From contig CBDURU010000032.1 of assembly GCA_965369865.1 (NCBI GenBank), positions 1-30,568 of the forward strand: a stretch of 30,568 nt of DNA, in the 5' to 3' direction. Shown here one piece after another: positions 25,584 through 30,568 of this stretch; position 1 is the first letter of the stretch; each line of letters opens with the position of its first letter. The notes below the pieces were generated by a model that worked only from the letters and a program-made list of their open reading frames with translations, made no database searches and was not told the origin of the DNA. A program made the translations under genes and the position numbers. This DNA comes from an uncultured bacterium (GTDB lineage Bacteria; JAJVIF01; JAPKYR01).

Positions 25584-26735
25584 ATGGTACTCGAAGAAAC
25601 GCACATTGAACATGATCGTCCCGATACAGTCGGAACCGATGAATTCTGGTTGAACATGGGCCCGCAACACCCATCGACGCATGGTGTTTTGAGGGTGTTA
25701 CTCAGGATGAACGGTGAGATCGTGAAGGAAGCGATCCCGTATTTTGGCTACCTTCACAGGTGTTTCTCCAAGAAAGCCGAGAGTCTGAAATACCCGCAGG
25801 TGGTTCCGTATACCGACCGCTGGGACTATCTCGGCGCGATGGCGAATAATATGAGCTATTGCAATGCGGTCGAGACTCTGATGGGGCTCGAAATTCCCCG
25901 ACGCGCCGACCTCATCCGCGTGCTCACACTCGAACTCCAGAGAATCGCAAGCCACCAGTTCTGGATCGCGTCGTTCGCCAACGATATCGGGTCCACGACG
26001 ATGCTTATGTACACCATGCGCGACAGGGAGAAAATAGTCGACCTGTTCGAAATGATGTGCGGCGCGCGTCTGACCTATCATTTCATCCGGATCGGCGGAG
26101 TCATGCGCGACTGGGATGAAAGGATGGATGAATACTGCCGGAAGATCATGGCCGGGATGCCGAAGTTTATCAACGAGTACGAGGACCTTCTTTCGGGGAA
26201 TGAAATTTTCCGGATGAGGGTGGAAGGAATCGGTTATATGACCGCAGAGGATGCCATCAACTATGGCGCTACCGGGCCGTACCTCCGGGGTTCACGGATT
26301 CCCTACGATCTCAGAAAAGTGCAGCCGTACTCGCTCTACCCGGAATTTGATTTCGACGTGCATACATCGGAGAGATGCGATTGTCTCGGACGTTACGAGG
26401 TCCGAATTAACGAGATGTACGAATCGATCAATTTAGTCAACCAGGCACTGGAGAAAATAAAGGATACACCTCCTGGCGAACATATTGCAGCGGACCTTCC
26501 CCGTATTATCAAACCCCCGCCGGGAGAGGTTTATACCGCGACCGAAAGTCCGCGTGGTGAACTGGGAGTTTATATCGTGAGCGACGGGGGGCAGACACCG
26601 TATCGTGTCCAATGCCGTGCGCCGAGCTATGTGAACCTGACCAGCCTGAACCATGCGGCGAAAGAGCAGATGATAGCGGATTTTGTAGCGGTGCTGGGAA
26701 GTGTTGACATTGTGCTGGGAGAGGTGGATCGGTGA
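25584..26735 (+). CDS. nuoD: NADH-quinone oxidoreductase subunit D
   Basis: LNMGPQHPSTHGVLR, GYLHR, DRWDY, ESPRGELG and DIVLGEVDR. Confidence 0.97.
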   Translation: MVLEETHIEHDRPDTVGTDEFWLNMGPQHPSTHGVLRVLLRMNGEIVKEAIPYFGYLHRCFSKKAESLKYPQVVPYTDRWDYLGAMANNMSYCNAVETLMGLEIPRRADLIRVLTLELQRIASHQFWIASFANDIGSTTMLMYTMRDREKIVDLFEMMCGARLTYHFIRIGGVMRDWDERMDEYCRKIMAGMPKFINEYEDLLSGNEIFRMRVEGIGYMTAEDAINYGATGPYLRGSRIPYDLRKVQPYSLYPEFDFDVHTSERCDCLGRYEVRINEMYESINLVNQALEKIKDTPPGEHIAADLPRIIKPPPGEVYTATESPRGELGVYIVSDGGQTPYRVQCRAPSYVNLTSLNHAAKEQMIADFVAVLGSVDIVLGEVDR

Positions 26736-26738
26736 TAG

Positions 26739-26759
26739 TATTAACCTTTTACGTTAATA
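26739..26759. promoter_or_regulatory. Palindromic putative operator upstream of the TA pair
   Basis: TATTAAC-N7-GTTAATA. Confidence 0.55.
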
Positions 26760-26764
26760 GAAAC

Positions 26765-26793
26765 TTGACAAATCAGGGAAATGGATATATATT
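26765..26793 (+). promoter_or_regulatory. Promoter straddling the toxin start codon (antitoxin-only transcript)
   Basis: TTGACA (26765-26770), 17 nt, TATATT (26788-26793). The toxin ATG at 26781 lies in the spacer. Confidence 0.6.
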
Positions 26794-27116
26794 TCGATAG
26801 TGGGAAATTACAGAAATTGTGTGATTCCGAGAAGAAATTAATAAAAAAATTTGGCTTTGAGAACGCCCAAAAGATCAAACTTAGACTAGTGCAACTGGAA
26901 GCAGCAGAGCATTTGGCAGGCATGGCCGGATTTCCTGACGCTCATTGTCATAGGCTACACGGTGAATTGGAAGGGTATTTTTCAGTGTACCTGAAGCACC
27001 CGATGCGTCTGATTTTTAAACCCAGTCATGATCCAATGCCGGTTAAAGCTGATGGGGGTTTGGATTTATATAGAGTTACCATGATACTAATTACAGATAT
27101 CAGAGATTATCATTAG
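26781..27116 (+). CDS. higB: HigB-type (RelE/ParE superfamily) toxin
   Basis: MDIYF..KL.KLC...A.KIKLRL..L.AA...CH.L.G...G.FSV.L..P.RLIF.P...DYH. Confidence 0.85.
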   Translation: MDIYFDSGKLQKLCDSEKKLIKKFGFENAQKIKLRLVQLEAAEHLAGMAGFPDAHCHRLHGELEGYFSVYLKHPMRLIFKPSHDPMPVKADGGLDLYRVTMILITDIRDYH

Positions 27117-27129
27117 GGCGGACAAGGTA

Positions 27130-28236
27130 ATGATACCGAAGACCACACTCAGGTATAAACCGGATTATGCGGTTCCTCCAGGAGAAACACTTCTTGAACG
27201 ATTATCTTCTCTAGGTATGTCTCAAGCAGAATTATCTCGTCGGACAGGTCTACATGTGAAAACAATTAATGAAATAATCAAAGGAAAAGCTCCAATATCG
27301 ATCGAAACCTCGTTAATGCTGGAAAGAGTAACAGGTATCTCTGCGCACTTATGGAATAATCTGGAAAGGAATTACAGGGCAAAATTAGCTGAATTTAACG
27401 AGCACCAGTGGTTAATTGGTTTAAATTCCTGGTTTGATGAAATAGGTCTGCGGCCAAATGAACTGGAGAACCTAGGTTTCATACCAAAGCAGGATACAAA
27501 GGAAGAGAGGAATAAAGAAATTCTCAAGTTCCTGGGTATTTCTTCACCGGAGAATTTTGATGCGGTTTATGGGGAATTAGGGGTGCAATTCAGGAAGAGT
27601 AAAGCTTTTGATAGTAAACTTGGTCCATTAACAGCATGGTTAAGAAGAGGTGAGCTTGAGGGTAAATTGGTGCAATGCAGGCCTTTTAATAAAATTTCAT
27701 TCGAAAAGGCACTTAGCGAGATCAGGGGATTGACTAAAATTGCATCAAGTTCTTTCATACCCGGCATGCGTGAGAAATGTGCTCGAGCGGGTGTAGCTGT
27801 AGTATTTGTGCCAGAACTAAAAGGTTGCCGGGTTAATGGCGCTACTCGGTGGTTGTCATCAACAAAAGCATTGATTCAGCTTAGCCTGCGTTACAAAACG
27901 GATGACCACTTCTGGTTTACTTTTTTCCACGAAGCCGGTCATATTCTCCATCATGCAAAAAGGGCGGTTTTCCTTGAGTTGGGTGTAGATGAAAACAGCA
28001 CCAAAGATGAATTAGAAGCGGATGCTTTTGCCAGTAACATTCTTATACCTCAAAATAAATTTGATATATTCCTTAACCGACAGCACCTTGATCGACCGTC
28101 AAAGCGGAGTGTCTGTGACTTTGCTAATGAATTGGGGATTTCACCCGGGATTGTTGTAGGACGATTACAGCACGATGGGATTATTCCCTGGAAATTCTTC
28201 AATAATTTGAAACGGACGTTAAAATGGTCGAGATAA
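27130..28236 (+). CDS. higA: HigA-type HTH antitoxin fused to an ImmA/IrrE metallopeptidase domain
   Basis: PPGETL...MSQAELSRR...INEIIKGKAPIS HTH, then FWFTFFHEAGH (HExxH) and E..ADAFA. Confidence 0.88.
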   Translation: MIPKTTLRYKPDYAVPPGETLLERLSSLGMSQAELSRRTGLHVKTINEIIKGKAPISIETSLMLERVTGISAHLWNNLERNYRAKLAEFNEHQWLIGLNSWFDEIGLRPNELENLGFIPKQDTKEERNKEILKFLGISSPENFDAVYGELGVQFRKSKAFDSKLGPLTAWLRRGELEGKLVQCRPFNKISFEKALSEIRGLTKIASSSFIPGMREKCARAGVAVVFVPELKGCRVNGATRWLSSTKALIQLSLRYKTDDHFWFTFFHEAGHILHHAKRAVFLELGVDENSTKDELEADAFASNILIPQNKFDIFLNRQHLDRPSKRSVCDFANELGISPGIVVGRLQHDGIIPWKFFNNLKRTLKWSR

Positions 28237-28329
28237 CATAAACTACCTCGATAAGCTCTTTCAGTATGTTTTTGAGATACAGGCTTCAGATTTATTCAGT
28301 ATTGTATTGTCATCTTTCCTGGAGATCCG

Positions 28330-29292
28330 ATGAACCCGCGAAAAAAGGAAGATTCTGAAAAAAAGGATATCGGTGGGCTTGTGTTCGAGCGGGATGAAAC
28401 CCTCGACCCGCTGGGTTTGCCGCTTGGTGAGCCGCGAAAAACGGTGATGGTCACCGGTCACAAGGGGCAGCTCGGAGAAGCCCTGATGGAGCTACTCACT
28501 CCCGATTTCCGCGTCTGCGGGGTCGATCTTGATGAGATGGATATCACGGTCGCAGAGGAGGTCGCGGGTGCTTTTTACCTTCACCAGCCGGATATTGTCA
28601 TCCATACGGCAGCAATGACCGATGTCGACGGGTGCGAACTCGATCCGGAAGCGGCAATTCGCGCGAACTCACTTGGGACGCAGAATCTTGTGATCGCATC
28701 TGAGGAATTCAACTGTGTTTTTGTCTATTTATCTACAGATTATGTATTCCCCGGGAAATCAAAGAGGCCGTATTTCGAATGCGACCCGACCGGGCCGTTG
28801 TCATGGTATGGAAAGAGTAAGCTTCTTGGCGAGGAATTTGTACGGAACATGCTTTTCCGGTATTTCATTATCCGGACGAGCTGGCTCGTGGGGGAAAAAG
28901 GCCGCAATTTTGTGAAAATGATGCTGAAACTGGCTCGTGAGAAGGATGAACTGACAGTCGTCAATGACCAGTTGGGTTGCCCGACGTTCGCAAGGGACCT
29001 CGCTAAAGCCATTCGCGAGCTTGTAGATACTCCGTACTACGGGACCTACCATGTCACGAATTCGGGGGAGACGACCTGGTATGATTTCGCAAAAAAGATC
29101 CTTGCGGAAGCCGGACTCGATACTCCTGTAAGGCCGATCACCACTGAAGAATTGAACCGTCCGGCACCAAGACCCTCCTACAGCGTCCTGTCGGGATTAC
29201 TGTTCAAGGAACGCGGATTTACCCCCCTCCGATCCTGGGAAGAGGCGCTCCATGAGTACCTGAAAAACATCGGCCAGCTAAAAAATCCTTGA
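28330..29292 (+). CDS. rfbD: dTDP-4-dehydrorhamnose reductase
   Basis: TGHKGQLG, AAMTDVDGCE, STDYVF, YGKSKLLGE, VVNDQLGCPT and PAPRPSYSVL. Confidence 0.93.
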   Translation: MNPRKKEDSEKKDIGGLVFERDETLDPLGLPLGEPRKTVMVTGHKGQLGEALMELLTPDFRVCGVDLDEMDITVAEEVAGAFYLHQPDIVIHTAAMTDVDGCELDPEAAIRANSLGTQNLVIASEEFNCVFVYLSTDYVFPGKSKRPYFECDPTGPLSWYGKSKLLGEEFVRNMLFRYFIIRTSWLVGEKGRNFVKMMLKLAREKDELTVVNDQLGCPTFARDLAKAIRELVDTPYYGTYHVTNSGETTWYDFAKKILAEAGLDTPVRPITTEELNRPAPRPSYSVLSGLLFKERGFTPLRSWEEALHEYLKNIGQLKNP

Positions 29293-29317
29293 TATTTACG
29301 GTCATATATGCTATAGT
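29289..29317 (+). promoter_or_regulatory. sigma70 promoter with extended -10
   Basis: TTGATA, 17 nt ending TGC, TATAGT. Confidence 0.7.
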
Positions 29318-29379
29318 TCGCTATCAATCTGCCCGGTATCCGGTCAGAATTCTGATTTTTAAGGGATAATTAAACTACT

Positions 29380-30420
29380 ATGAGCGAAGTACCATTACCT
29401 AACTTGCGGAAAATACCAGGCTCCGCGATGATAATCCCGGCACTCTGTCTGGCCGCCTCCTTAATCGGGGCGGGTTTCGTCTTTTTTAGGGACTTCTCAA
29501 ATGGGAATCCTGAAAGGCGCGTGGTATTTGAGTCCGACGGGACCAAAGAGACCATATTCACCCAGACCGCGACCGTTAAAGAGTTTCTTGAGACAAAAAA
29601 CATCACTGTAAAATCGCATGACTACCTGGAGCCAGCGGAATCGACTCCGATTCGGCCAGGTCTGTTAATTTCATATAACAAGGCGGAGAGAGTTTACCTT
29701 GCCCGTGCCGGTATGCCAGCCGAGGAGATCATGTCAGCCGGAGAGACGGTCTGCGATCTCCTGATACAGGAGGGAATCAGTATCGGACCGCTCGACAGGA
29801 TTGTCCCGCATCCGACAACACCACTTGCCAGGGATATGCTGGTCGAGGTGTCACATGTCGAGGTTGTGGATGTCACAATGTCGCACGAGATCGATCCACC
29901 GCTGGTGATCGAGGCCGATCCGGAGCTTCCAAGGGGAAGGATGGAGGAAGTATCGGCCGGGGTGCCTGGAATCGGGGAGGATATTACCCGCTATTATTAC
30001 CTGAATGGCGAGGAAACCGCCCGAATAGAGCTTGGCAGCCGTGTCGTGTCTGAGCCGGTCGAACGTGTCGCGAGGGTAGGGGTTCGATCAGCACCACCAT
30101 TAGCAAGCCGTGGTGGAAGCGGGATCCACCGGGATGTAATCGAGATGAACGCGACAGGCTACGATCCCGGACCCGGATCGTGCTGGCCTTTCGCCGATGG
30201 GTTTACCGCGACCGGGCATATCGCCGGACATGGTGTATGCGCTGTCGATCCGAGTGTTATTCCACTGGGGACCGAGCTATGGGTAGAGGGTTACGGCTAT
30301 GCGCTGGCATGCGATACCGGCGGGGCGATCAAGGGAAACCGGATAGATATGTGCTTCGATACGAGGGCTGAAGCGATGAGGTGGGGACGCAGGGACGTGC
30401 TGGTGTATGTGCTGGAGTAA
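29380..30420 (+). CDS. YabE-like cell-wall protein (DUF348 ubiquitin-like repeats + G5 + 3D domain)
   Basis: N-terminal TM, TV.E.L....I.....D...P repeats, a G5 segment, and 3D motifs ATGY, AVDPSVIPLG and DTGGAIKGNRID. Confidence 0.9.
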   Translation: MSEVPLPNLRKIPGSAMIIPALCLAASLIGAGFVFFRDFSNGNPERRVVFESDGTKETIFTQTATVKEFLETKNITVKSHDYLEPAESTPIRPGLLISYNKAERVYLARAGMPAEEIMSAGETVCDLLIQEGISIGPLDRIVPHPTTPLARDMLVEVSHVEVVDVTMSHEIDPPLVIEADPELPRGRMEEVSAGVPGIGEDITRYYYLNGEETARIELGSRVVSEPVERVARVGVRSAPPLASRGGSGIHRDVIEMNATGYDPGPGSCWPFADGFTATGHIAGHGVCAVDPSVIPLGTELWVEGYGYALACDTGGAIKGNRIDMCFDTRAEAMRWGRRDVLVYVLE

Positions 30421-30568
30421 GGTCAATTCTGTTAAACAAAAATTTATTGGGTATTTAGCGTTGATGTACGTCGACAAGCACGTTCGACCCGGAGATTTTT
30501 AAAGACGAGCTGTTTGGAGATGTCTCACTTTGCTTGTCGCCGCCACGCGGTTTTTGTTGTTATTGGAA

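Noticed and set aside
25584..26735. Group 4 [NiFe]-hydrogenase large subunit
   Set aside because: It has no CxxC Ni-binding motifs, and NuoB has the tandem CC typical of complex I.
30421..30568. Possible gene end or RNA at the right edge
   Set aside because: Too short and truncated to support any call.

Overview
This is a bacterial chromosomal window, probably from a diderm because it encodes Wza/Wzc and small beta-barrel-like proteins. The backbone has a DUF5693 membrane protein, a membrane sulfatase-fold enzyme, a minus-strand polysaccharide cluster (wzc-like, wza-like, wecC, bi-domain oxidoreductase), a fragmented complex I locus (nuoA, B, C ... nuoD), rfbD and a YabE-like G5/3D protein. 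Accessory material is interleaved: (i) a 103-bp tandem hairpin array behind a standalone diadenylate-cyclase-fold gene; (ii) an AT-richer, translationally coupled four-gene operon (SocA/Panacea-like wHTH, membrane protein, PD-(D/E)xK nuclease, Zn-motif TGT-like barrel) with a consensus promoter, bracketed by inverted GTAG-type REP copies, which is the best candidate for an undescribed defence or nucleic-acid-modification system; (iii) a ~300-nt highly structured candidate ncRNA behind a near-perfect sigma70 promoter that matches no RNA family I recognise; (iv) a HEPN-like gene inside the capsule operon; (v) a duplicated beta-barrel/HicBA-like cassette splitting nuoC from nuoD, with one toxin copy internally deleted; (vi) a HigB/HigA-ImmA TA pair with an internal promoter. 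All family assignments come from motif recognition by eye. No database searches or folding programs were run.
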